This document shows, in pieces, positions 51,860 to 61,100 of a stretch of DNA of 64,000 nt. The DNA comes from a virus. Its lineage: Duplodnaviria > Caudoviricetes. The notes under the pieces are model-generated. The model did no database searches, was not told the DNA's origin, and saw only the letters and a program-made list of their open reading frames with translations. Position 1 is the stretch's first letter; each line of letters opens with the position of its first letter. The stretch is from IMG/VR virus record IMGVR_UViG_2914923772_000011, positions 1 through 64,000 of that record; one strand, written 5' to 3'. Both the position numbers and the translations under genes were made by a program.

Positions 51860-53737
51860 ATGAGTAGACCTTTTTCGGTTGAGGCTTGTGATTTCAGCGG
51901 CTGGGCAACCCGAAACGACCTTAAGTGTTCTGATGGACGAGTAATTCGTCGGGACGCCTTTAAGAATAACGACGGTATTAAAGTCCCGCTGGTCTGGAAT
52001 CATCAGCACAACAGTCCTCGTGATGTTCTCGGTCATGCATGGCTTGAGAACCGTGAGGAAGGTGTTTACACCTATGGCTTTCTCAATGACACCGCTGATG
52101 GTGAAATTGCGAAAGTCCTTATCAAGCACGGTGACATCTGTGCTCTGTCCATTTACGCCAATCAGCTCCAGCAGGCTGGTCCCGATGTGCTGCATGGCTG
52201 TATTTGCGAGGTGAGCCTGGTGCATAAGGGCGCTAACCCCGGTGCATTTATTGATTCTATGCTGAAGCACGGCGAAATGTCCGACGATGAAGCCATCATC
52301 TATACCGGAATGCCTCTCTGTCTTTCTCATTCTTCCGAGTCTAAGGATGCGCAGAAAGAAGAGGAAAAGAAGGAGGATACCAAAGAGGACAAGTCTGCTG
52401 AAAACAAGGAAGAGAAGAAGGACAATGAAGAGACGATCGCTGATGTGATCGATTCCATGTCTGAGAAGCAGCAGAATGTCATGTATGCGCTTATCACACA
52501 GGCTCTCGAAGGCGAACCCGAAAAGGAATCCAAGGATGATTCCGACAACAAATCTGAATCCAATAAGGAGGATAACACAATGAAACATAATGTCTTTGAT
52601 AACGATCAGCAGAAGAAGACCGAGGTTCTGTCTCATGCTGACCAGGCAAGCATCATTTCTATGGCCAAGTCCAACAGCGTCGGCAGTCTCCGTACTGCTA
52701 TGGACATTTATGCAGAGCAGAATCCTGACAGTGTTCTGGCTCATGGTATCGACGGTATTGAAACCCTGTTCCCTGAGTACAAGGATGTCCGTCCCGGTGC
52801 TCCTGAACTGCTTACCACTGACCAGGGTTGGGTGAATGAGGTTCTGAAGAAGGTTCACAAGAGCCCTATTTCCCGTATCCGTACTCGTCAGGCTGACCTG
52901 CGTAACATTGAGGCTCTTCGTGCTAAGGGTTACAAGAAGGGTGCCCAGAAGGGTTATGTCGGCAACATTCAGCTGCTCCACAGAACGACTGATCCTCAGA
53001 CCGTGTATGTAAAGAGTAAGCTTGACCGTGATGACATCATCGATATTCAGGACTTCGATGTGGTGCAGTATCTGTACGGCATCGACCGTATGAATCTGAA
53101 CGAGGAACTGGCTACGGCTATCATGATCGGTGACGGTCGCGAGGTCGGTGCTGATGGTAAGATCGCCGAGGATAAGATCCGCCCGATTTGGTTGGATGAC
53201 GAGCTGTATACCATCCATGCTGACGTTGACATTGCCGGCATGAAGGCTACTCTCCAGGGCACCAATACTTCCGCTAATTTCGGCGAGAATTACATTTATG
53301 CAGAAGCCGTGATTCAGTCTCTGCTGTATGCTCGTGAGAAGTATAAGGGTTCCGGCACTCCCGACTTCTACTGCACGCCCCATTTGGTCAATGTCATGCT
53401 GCTTGCCCGTGACCTGAATGGCCGTCGCATCTATGACAAGGTTAGCGATCTGGCTGCGGCTTTGAATGTTGGACAGATCATCACCGCCGAACAGTTCGAG
53501 GGTAAGACTCGTACTACCACGGACAGCAAGACCAAGAAGCTTCTAGGACTGATGGTCAATCTGGCTGATTATTCTCTGGGCGCTACCAAGGGCGGCGAAA
53601 TCACTCACTTCACCGATTTCGATATCGACTTCAACCAGGAGAAGAGCCTGCTGGAGACTCGTTGCTCCGGCGCCAACACTCGTGTCATGTCTGCTATCGC
53701 TCTGGAAGAGGATGTCACTGCCAATATTGGCGGCTAA
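51860..53737 (+). CDS. Prohead protease - scaffold - major capsid polyprotein
   Basis: HK97-type protease WNHQH, LSIYA, EVSLV..GANP; acidic linker; capsid-sized C-terminal domain. Confidence 0.85.
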   Translation: MSRPFSVEACDFSGWATRNDLKCSDGRVIRRDAFKNNDGIKVPLVWNHQHNSPRDVLGHAWLENREEGVYTYGFLNDTADGEIAKVLIKHGDICALSIYANQLQQAGPDVLHGCICEVSLVHKGANPGAFIDSMLKHGEMSDDEAIIYTGMPLCLSHSSESKDAQKEEEKKEDTKEDKSAENKEEKKDNEETIADVIDSMSEKQQNVMYALITQALEGEPEKESKDDSDNKSESNKEDNTMKHNVFDNDQQKKTEVLSHADQASIISMAKSNSVGSLRTAMDIYAEQNPDSVLAHGIDGIETLFPEYKDVRPGAPELLTTDQGWVNEVLKKVHKSPISRIRTRQADLRNIEALRAKGYKKGAQKGYVGNIQLLHRTTDPQTVYVKSKLDRDDIIDIQDFDVVQYLYGIDRMNLNEELATAIMIGDGREVGADGKIAEDKIRPIWLDDELYTIHADVDIAGMKATLQGTNTSANFGENYIYAEAVIQSLLYAREKYKGSGTPDFYCTPHLVNVMLLARDLNGRRIYDKVSDLAAALNVGQIITAEQFEGKTRTTTDSKTKKLLGLMVNLADYSLGATKGGEITHFTDFDIDFNQEKSLLETRCSGANTRVMSAIALEEDVTANIGG

Positions 53738-53762
53738 ATTCAGCGAGGAGTGAAAATTCAAA

Positions 53763-54086
53763 ATGGCTAAATTTTATGGAGTAATCGGCTACGCTGTAAC
53801 AGAAGAGACTAAGCCGGGCGTTTGGGCAGAGAAGATCATCGAGCGTATGTACTATGGTGATTTAACCCGTAACACCCGTAGGCTTCAGTCTGCGGAACAA
53901 CTCAACGACAACATCAATGTTGCGAATGAGATCAGTATCGTAGCCGATCCATTTGCCAATGAGAATTTTCATTCGATGAGGTATGTTGAGTTTATGGGTG
54001 CTAAATGGAAAGTCACAAGTGTCGAAGTTCAGTACCCAAGACTTATACTGACTATGGGAGGTGTATACAATGGCGAGCAGGCTTAA
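53763..54086 (+). CDS. Head closure / head-tail adaptor
   Basis: 107 aa directly after capsid gene. Confidence 0.6.
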   Translation: MAKFYGVIGYAVTEETKPGVWAEKIIERMYYGDLTRNTRRLQSAEQLNDNINVANEISIVADPFANENFHSMRYVEFMGAKWKVTSVEVQYPRLILTMGGVYNGEQA

Positions 54087-54375
54087 TCTGCAAACTTTCC
54101 TTGAAGAAATCCTTGAAAGCAGAAATGTGTATTTTCAACCTCCTGAGTCGGTAAAAATGAAATACCCCGCTATCGTTTATGCACTTGATGATATCGAAAA
54201 TGTGCACGCCGATAACGGGGTTTATTCATCTCACAGGCACTATTCAGTCACTGTTATTGACTCTGACCCGGATAGTGAGCTTGTCGGTAAGATGGTTTCT
54301 ATACCTACTTGCCGATTTGAACGATATTATGCAAGCGAGAATCTGAATCACTGGAATTTCTCGCTCTATTTCTGA
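54070..54375 (+). CDS. Tail terminator-like protein
   Basis: RNVYFQPP...YPAIVY; directly before major tail gene. Confidence 0.6.
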   Translation: MASRLNLQTFLEEILESRNVYFQPPESVKMKYPAIVYALDDIENVHADNGVYSSHRHYSVTVIDSDPDSELVGKMVSIPTCRFERYYASENLNHWNFSLYF

Positions 54376-54392
54376 TAAGGAGGAATATCTTT

Positions 54393-55106
54393 ATGTCCAA
54401 AATCATTTGGGATAAAACTGGCGAGCGCCTGTACGAAACCGGCTGTGACCATGGCGTTCTCTATCCGATGCAGACCGGCGGCGTTTATAACAAGGGCGTC
54501 GCATGGAATGGTCTGACTGCCGTTACCGAGAGTCCTTCCGGGGCCGAGGCTTCCCCGATTTACGCTGACAACATCAAGTATGTCAACCTGGTTTCAAACG
54601 AGGAATTCGGTGCTACCGTCGAGGCGTATATGTATCCTGACGAGTTTGCCGAGTGTGATGGTTCTGTTGAGATCATGCCCGGTATGTACGCCGGTCAGCA
54701 ATCCCGTAAGACTTTCGGCCTGGCATATCGTACCATTCTGGGTAATGATACCGATCTGAACGATTACGGTTATAAGCTGCATCTGGTTTATGGCTGCCTG
54801 GCAGCACCTTCTGAAAAGGGTTACAGCACAGTCAACGACAGTCCTGAGGCGGCTACTCTGTCCTGGGAGATCAGCACCACACCGGTCTCTATCAACAAGC
54901 TGGTCAACGGTAAGAAGTTGAAGCCGACAGCCACGCTGACCTTTGACTCCACCAAGTTTAGTGCCGAGTTCATGACTAAGCTGGAAGAGATCCTGTACGG
55001 TAAGGACCCGACCACCGATGGCGGTAACGATGGTGTCGAGCCTCGTCTGCCTCTGCCTGATGAGATCATTGAACTGTTCGATGAGACTCAGAATCCGCAG
55101 GGTTAA
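54393..55106 (+). CDS. Major tail protein
   Basis: 237 aa, GVAWNGLTAVTESPSGAE...YADNIKY; followed by terminator. Confidence 0.8.
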   Translation: MSKIIWDKTGERLYETGCDHGVLYPMQTGGVYNKGVAWNGLTAVTESPSGAEASPIYADNIKYVNLVSNEEFGATVEAYMYPDEFAECDGSVEIMPGMYAGQQSRKTFGLAYRTILGNDTDLNDYGYKLHLVYGCLAAPSEKGYSTVNDSPEAATLSWEISTTPVSINKLVNGKKLKPTATLTFDSTKFSAEFMTKLEEILYGKDPTTDGGNDGVEPRLPLPDEIIELFDETQNPQG

Positions 55107-55120
55107 TCTGTAAAAATTAT

Positions 55121-55150
55121 GGAGCCGTATTCAGGTAAGCTGGCGGCTCC
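55121..55150 (+). terminator. Rho-independent terminator
   Basis: GGAGCCG...CGGCTCC then TACTTTTTTT. Confidence 0.7.
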
Positions 55151-55183
55151 TACTTTTTTTAATTTGAAAGGAGAAAAATTTCA

Positions 55184-55576
55184 ATGACTAAGGAAACTAT
55201 CACTTATACCGATCTGAATGGCATTCAGAGAACTGAAGATTTTTACTTCGATCTGTCCAAGCCTGAAATCGTAAAAATGCAGGCGAGCGCAAAGGGTGGC
55301 TACGATGTCCAGCTTAAGAGTATCGCTGCCAGTCCGAATGGGGCGCTTATTATGGAGTTCTTCGAGAACTTTATTAAGACCGCCTATGGCGAGAAGAGCG
55401 ATGATGGCAGACGCTTCATGAAGTCTGAGGAAATTTCCAGAGGCTTTATGGAAACTCCCGCTTATGAGGTCCTGTTTGAGAAGCTTGTCACCGATGCCGG
55501 CGCTGCATCCGAATTTGTCAACCGTGTGATGCGTGCCAACGGCAATAAGCAGGCTGCGCCCATCGCATCTAATTAA
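55184..55576 (+). CDS. Tail assembly chaperone
   Basis: 130 aa after major tail gene. Confidence 0.6.
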   Translation: MTKETITYTDLNGIQRTEDFYFDLSKPEIVKMQASAKGGYDVQLKSIAASPNGALIMEFFENFIKTAYGEKSDDGRRFMKSEEISRGFMETPAYEVLFEKLVTDAGAASEFVNRVMRANGNKQAAPIASN

Positions 55577-55598
55577 AGAAAGCTCGGAGGGCTAAGGA

Positions 55599-56141
55599 AT
55601 GCTGAAAATTACTGTGCCGGCTGCCGAGTTTTGGGATGAAATTCATGAAGAATTTGTCTACAAGAAAGAGCAGGCTTTGCAGTTGGAGCATTCCTTAGTC
55701 TCTCTTTCAAAATGGGAAAGCAAATGGAATAAGGCATTTCTCGGAAAACAAGAAAAAACCGATGAGGAAATTCTTGATTATGTACGATGTATGACCTTAA
55801 CCCAGAATGTCGATCCCGAAGTATATACTCGGCTGTCTGCTGAAAACTACGCCGCCATCAATGCGTACATCGAAGCACCTATGACTGCTACTTGCCTTAT
55901 CGAGGACAAGCAGACAAGAGGTAATAAAGAAACGGTTACATCTGAGCTTATTTACTACTGGATGATTTCCTATAACATCCCTGTGGAGTTTCAAAAATGG
56001 CATTTGAACAGACTGCTGACCCTCATACGGGTATGTAATGTCAAGAACTCTCCGCCTAAGCGAAGAAGTAAGCGTGAAATGTGGAATCGGAACGCAGCTA
56101 TCAACGCTGCCAATCGAAAACGCTTTGGCTCTAAGGGGTGA
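55599..56141 (+). CDS. Second tail assembly chaperone-like protein
   Basis: 180 aa; position in tail module. Confidence 0.55.
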   Translation: MLKITVPAAEFWDEIHEEFVYKKEQALQLEHSLVSLSKWESKWNKAFLGKQEKTDEEILDYVRCMTLTQNVDPEVYTRLSAENYAAINAYIEAPMTATCLIEDKQTRGNKETVTSELIYYWMISYNIPVEFQKWHLNRLLTLIRVCNVKNSPPKRRSKREMWNRNAAINAANRKRFGSKG

Positions 56142-56145
56142 TTGA

Positions 56146-56472
56146 ATGAACAGACGATGCCGAAAATGCCTGTTAAGGCGAGTTTGCCATAAAAAGCAGC
56201 CTTACAATAACTGGCTTAAAACTTTTACCAAAAAAGCAGTAGCAATCATTCTGGTGGTTTCTCTGGTTGATTTGCAACTGTCTTATGTGCTTGCATTTAT
56301 GGGGCAAGTACAAATTGCGGAATCGCTTTCCAGCACAATAGCGTCGACCGTTGTCGGGGTTATGCTTGGCTACTTCTTCAAAGCCCTTTTCGAAACATTC
56401 TTCGAAAGGCGTGAAGAACGGCTCAAGCAGGAAAGTGAACCGGAAGAAAATACGAATTATGAGGAGGTTTAG
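56146..56472 (+). CDS. Two-TM membrane protein (holin/antiholin candidate)
   Basis: Two hydrophobic segments; upstream of endolysin. Confidence 0.55.
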   Translation: MNRRCRKCLLRRVCHKKQPYNNWLKTFTKKAVAIILVVSLVDLQLSYVLAFMGQVQIAESLSSTIASTVVGVMLGYFFKALFETFFERREERLKQESEPEENTNYEEV

Positions 56473-56474
56473 TT

Positions 56475-56798
56475 ATGCCTATCAGTTTTTTGACTACAGC
56501 ACTGTTGATCGTATCCGTCATCACGAATCTGACAGTGGAGGGCATTAAGAAGCTGCTTGACGGAACGAAGGTCAAGTATTCTTCTAACGTTCTTGCGGCA
56601 GTTTTGTCCGTCCTGATCGCCTGTGCTGTTAGCGTGATTTACCTTATTATGACTGACACGATCTTTACTATGAAGATTGGGGTTGAGATCGTCGTTCTGA
56701 TGTATCTGGGCTTCCTGATCTCTACGGTTGGTTATGACAAGGTTATTCAGATGCTGAAACAGATCCAGAGCGTGAAGGAGGAAACGAAAAATGAGTAA
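56475..56798 (+). CDS. Holin candidate (three TM)
   Basis: Three hydrophobic segments, overlaps endolysin start. Confidence 0.65.
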   Translation: MPISFLTTALLIVSVITNLTVEGIKKLLDGTKVKYSSNVLAAVLSVLIACAVSVIYLIMTDTIFTMKIGVEIVVLMYLGFLISTVGYDKVIQMLKQIQSVKEETKNE

Positions 56799-57744
56799 CA
56801 GTCCTCTGGTATCTTATACCAAGTTAAGCCCTAATCATTCCGGGCAGAGAACCCATGTCGTTGACCGTATCACGCCTCATTGTGTGGTCGGTCAGTGCTC
56901 TGTAGAGACTTTGGGTAATATTTTTGCTCCGACTTCCCGACAGGCTTCCTGTCAGTATGGTATCGGCGTGGATGGTCGAGTGGGCATGTATGTGGAAGAA
57001 AAGAACCGTTCCTGGTGTTCTTCCTCTAATGCGAATGACCAGCGTGCGATTACAATCGAGTGTGCCAGCGATGCCACACATCCTTATGCATTCAACGACA
57101 CTGTATATGCTAAACTGATCGAGCTTTGCACAGACATTTGCAAGCGTTACGGAAAAACAAAGCTACTCTGGTTCGGCGATAAGACGAAGACTCTGAACTA
57201 TGAGCCGGCTTCCAATGAAATGGTTCTGACCGTACATCGTTGGTTCGCCAACAAGAGTTGCCCTGGTGACTGGATGTATGCTCGAATGGGAGATCTTGCG
57301 TCCAAAGTTACGGCTAAGCTTGGAGGCTCTGCTGGCGGAACTGAGAAGCCTGCCGATAATCAGGTGCTTTATCGGGTGCAGACAGGAGCTTTCAGCAACA
57401 AGGCGAATGCAGATGCAATGCTTCAGAAGGTGAAAGCCGCCGGTTTCGATACCTACATGGTTAAGGTCGATAACCTTTACAAGATTCAGGTCGGCGCATT
57501 CAGCAAGAAAGCAAATGCTGACGCTATGGCTGCAAAGCTGAAAGCTGCTGGTTTTGACACCTATATAACAACCAAAAGCGGGACGGCAGTCTCTGCATCT
57601 TCTGCGAAGAAAAGCACTGACCAGATCGCTCGTGAAGTAATTCAGGGGCTGTGGGGTAACGGTGTGGACAGGACTAATCGGCTGAAGGCAGCTGGTTACA
57701 ATCCTTCCGCAATACAGAATCGGGTGAATCAGCTTCTTAAATAA
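56791..57744 (+). CDS. Endolysin: amidase_2 + 2x SPOR + CW_7
   Basis: ITPHCVVG, ITIECA, HRWF..KSCPG; YRVQTGAF and YKIQVGAF repeats; IAREVIQGLWGNG..R..RL. Confidence 0.9.
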   Translation: MSNSPLVSYTKLSPNHSGQRTHVVDRITPHCVVGQCSVETLGNIFAPTSRQASCQYGIGVDGRVGMYVEEKNRSWCSSSNANDQRAITIECASDATHPYAFNDTVYAKLIELCTDICKRYGKTKLLWFGDKTKTLNYEPASNEMVLTVHRWFANKSCPGDWMYARMGDLASKVTAKLGGSAGGTEKPADNQVLYRVQTGAFSNKANADAMLQKVKAAGFDTYMVKVDNLYKIQVGAFSKKANADAMAAKLKAAGFDTYITTKSGTAVSASSAKKSTDQIAREVIQGLWGNGVDRTNRLKAAGYNPSAIQNRVNQLLK

Positions 57745-57756
57745 GGAGGTCCGTGA

Positions 57757-58134
57757 ATGATAAGGTTCAGTCACAAGGGAGACTTCTCTAAGGTTACACG
57801 CTTTTTGGAGAGGGCAAAGGAAGTGGTCCATCTCGGAGACCTCGACAAGTATGGCCGAGAAGGGGTCGCTGCTCTTGCGTCTGCAACGCCTGTCGATTCC
57901 GGTTTGACCGCCAGTTCATGGTATTACGAGATCGTAAACCGAAATGGATCTGCAAAGATCACCTTTTACAACTCAAATATTCAAAATGGGGTTCCGATAG
58001 CGATCATTCTGCAATATGGGCATGGAACCCGTAACGGAGGCTGGGTACAGGGTCGAGACTACATCAATCCTGCTATCCAGCCTATTTTTGACAAAATCGC
58101 AAACGAAGCATGGAAGGAGGTTACGAAGCTATGA
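57757..58134 (+). CDS. Tail completion (HK97 gp10-like) protein
   Basis: TPVDSGLTASSW...ILQYGHGT...YINPA. Confidence 0.7.
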   Translation: MIRFSHKGDFSKVTRFLERAKEVVHLGDLDKYGREGVAALASATPVDSGLTASSWYYEIVNRNGSAKITFYNSNIQNGVPIAIILQYGHGTRNGGWVQGRDYINPAIQPIFDKIANEAWKEVTKL

Positions 58135-61100
58135 GTAAAACCATCGACGAAAGAGTCGTAGAAATGCGGTTTGACAATAAGCAGTTTGAGAGCAATGTTC
58201 AAACCAGTTTGTCCACCATTGAAAAATTAAAGAAAAGTTTGGATATGGACGGCGCTACAAAAGGTCTTGAAAGCATTGACAGTGCTGCTAAGAAAGTCGA
58301 TATGTCGGGGCTTGGCTCTGCGGTTGAAACAGTAAAGACTCGATTCTCGGCATTGGAAGTCATGGCTGTAACCGCCCTTGCAAACATCACCAACTCGGTT
58401 GTAAACACCGGTAAACAGATGCTCCATTCCTTGACGATTGAACCTATCAGTCAGGGTTTTGAGGAATACGAGCTGAAGATGGGGTCAATTCAGACCATCA
58501 TGATGAGCACCGGCGCCTCTCTTGAAGAAGTTAATAAGTATCTTCAGGAATTGAACACTTACTCGGATAAGACCATTTACTCCTTCCAGGATATGACTTC
58601 CAACATCGGTAAATTTACCAATGCTGGTGTCGGTCTTGAGGATGCAGTAATGGCTATTCAGGGTGTGTCGAATGTTGCCGCTGTGTCCGGTGCCAATGCA
58701 AATGAGGCATCTCGTGCCATGTATAACTTTGCGCAGGCACTGTCTGCCGGTTATGTTAAGCTGATCGACTGGAAATCAATTGAGAATGCTAATATGGCGA
58801 CCGTTGAATTCAAGACTCAGCTTCTTGAGTCGGCTGTTGCCTGTGGCACCTTGACTAAAACTGCCGACGGCATGTATAAAACGGTTAAGGGTAATGTCAT
58901 CGATGCTACACATGGCTTCAATGATTCTTTGCAGGATCAGTGGATGACCACGGAAGCTCTTGTCGGCACGCTTCGTAATTACGCCGATGAAACAACTGAA
59001 ATTGGTGCGAAAGCATTTGCTGCTGCGCAGGATGTTAAAACATTTACCCAGTTAATGGATACCCTGAAGGAAGCCGTAGGCTCCGGATGGGCAAATACAT
59101 GGGAAATTCTGTTTGGTGATTTCGAGGAAGCCAAAGAACTTTGGACTGGACTCAGTCAGGTTATCGGTGGATTTATCGACGCCCAAGCAGATGCTCGCAA
59201 TGAGATGTTGCAAGGGTGGAAAGATCTTGGCGGAAGAACCAAACTGATTGAGGCACTTAAAAATGCTTTTGAAGGTGTTCAGAGTGTTATCAAACCAATT
59301 TATGAGGCATTCCGTGAGATATTTCCTCCCACCACAGCCCAACAGCTTTATGATATTACTGAGAATTTGCGAAAATTCACAGCAAATTTGAAGCTCAGTG
59401 ATACAGCTTCAGCTAATCTAAAATCCACTTTCAAAGGCTTGTTTGCGATCTTGGACATCGTTAAACAAGCCTTTTCTGCTATATTTACGGCAATTAAACC
59501 GTTGTTTGGCGGGTTTGGAACACTCGGAGATGGAATTCTTGGTTTCACTGGCGGGATTGGCGATGCTATTGTTGCGTTTGATGAGTTTATCAAAACCAGC
59601 GGAGCATTCCAGAAAGTCGGTGAGGGTATTGCTACGGTAATTCAGACAATTATGACTGCTTTATCCACACTGAAGAACAAGATCAAAGAGAAATTCGAAT
59701 CCGCCAATTTCGAATTGTTTCATTCTCTTCTTGAGCGAATCCATGAGAGAATGGCTCAAGTCGGAGAAGCAGCCGGTGAGATGAAATCCGGGATTATCGT
59801 TGCCTTTGAGGTCATTGGTGAAACTCTTGCTAATTGTCAGTTTGTTCAGCTTCTTTCTGCTGTGTGGAACGCCGTTAAGACAATCGGAAGTGGCATCATT
59901 AAAATCCTTGGCGAACTCGGCAGCTCCTTAGCAAAGAATCTCGGTGAAGCTAATTTCAGCGGAATTATCGATCTGCTGAATGGTATCTCGTTCGGTGCTA
60001 TTGCTGTCGGTATCACAAAGTTTGTCGGCACCTTCCGAAAAGCTATTGAAGATATCGGCAGTTTCAAGGAATCTTTTATCGGAATTCTTGACAGTGTTCG
60101 AGGATGCTTTGAAGCTTACCAGACTCAGTTGCAGGCTGGTACATTGCTGAAGATCGCGTCGGCTATTGCTATTCTTACTGCATCTTTGATTGCGCTTAGT
60201 CTTGTGGACAGCGAAAAGCTGAATGTAGCCCTTGGAGCAATCACTGTGCTATTCGCTGAACTTCTTGCTTCGATGGCTGTATTCAACAAAATCAGCGGTC
60301 AGGCAACTGGTGTGATGAAGAGTGTAACTGCTATGCTCGGAATTGCTACGGCAGTGCTGATTTTAGCGAGCGCACTTAAAAAGATTGCTGATCTGGATGC
60401 AAAGCAGCTTACTACTGGTCTGATTGGCGTTGCAGGTTTGACGACTATGATGGTTGTCGCAGCCAAAGCTATGAGTTCCAACAGTAAAACCATCATCAAG
60501 GGTGCTACTCAAATGGTGATCTTTGCAGCCGCAATCAAGATTCTTGCTTCTGTTTGTGAGCAACTTGCTAAATTGGACTGGAACCAGCTTGCGAAAGGTC
60601 TTGTCGGCGTTGGTGTATTGCTTGCCGAGGTTTCTCTGTTCCTGAGAACCGCAAAATTCAGCGGTAAATCCATTACTACGGCTACAGGTATTGTAATTCT
60701 TTCAGCAGCAATCAAGGTGTTGGCCTCTGCCTGCAAAGATTTCGGCGAAATGAAATGGGAAGACATCGGTAAGGGGCTTGCATCTATTGCAGTGCTTCTT
60801 GCTGAGGTTACCGCTTTCACCAAGCTTACTGGTAACGCTAAACATGTAATCTCTACAGGTGTAGCGCTCATTGCTATCGGAGCAGCCATGAAGATATTCG
60901 CATCGGCTGTAAAAGACTTCTCTGGAATGCAGTGGGACGAAATTGCAAGAGGTCTTGTTGCTATGGCCGGGGCTTTGGCGGCGGTTACAATTGCTGTCAA
61001 CTTCATGCCGAAAAACATGATCGGCATCGGCACTGGTCTTATTGCTGTCTCTGCGGCTTTGCTTATACTTGCCAATGCTCTTAACCAGATGGGTTCAATG

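Noticed and set aside
51746-53383. Long minus-strand ORFs (also 23042-24214, 3691-4437, 4774-5607, 44484-45482, 60509-61777, 28857-29813)
   Set aside because: Antisense shadows of well-supported + strand genes, with no RBS or recognisable motifs.
55540-55620. Programmed -1 frameshift between tail chaperone genes
   Set aside because: No XXXYYYZ slippery heptamer seen at the end of 55184-55576, and the second gene has its own start.
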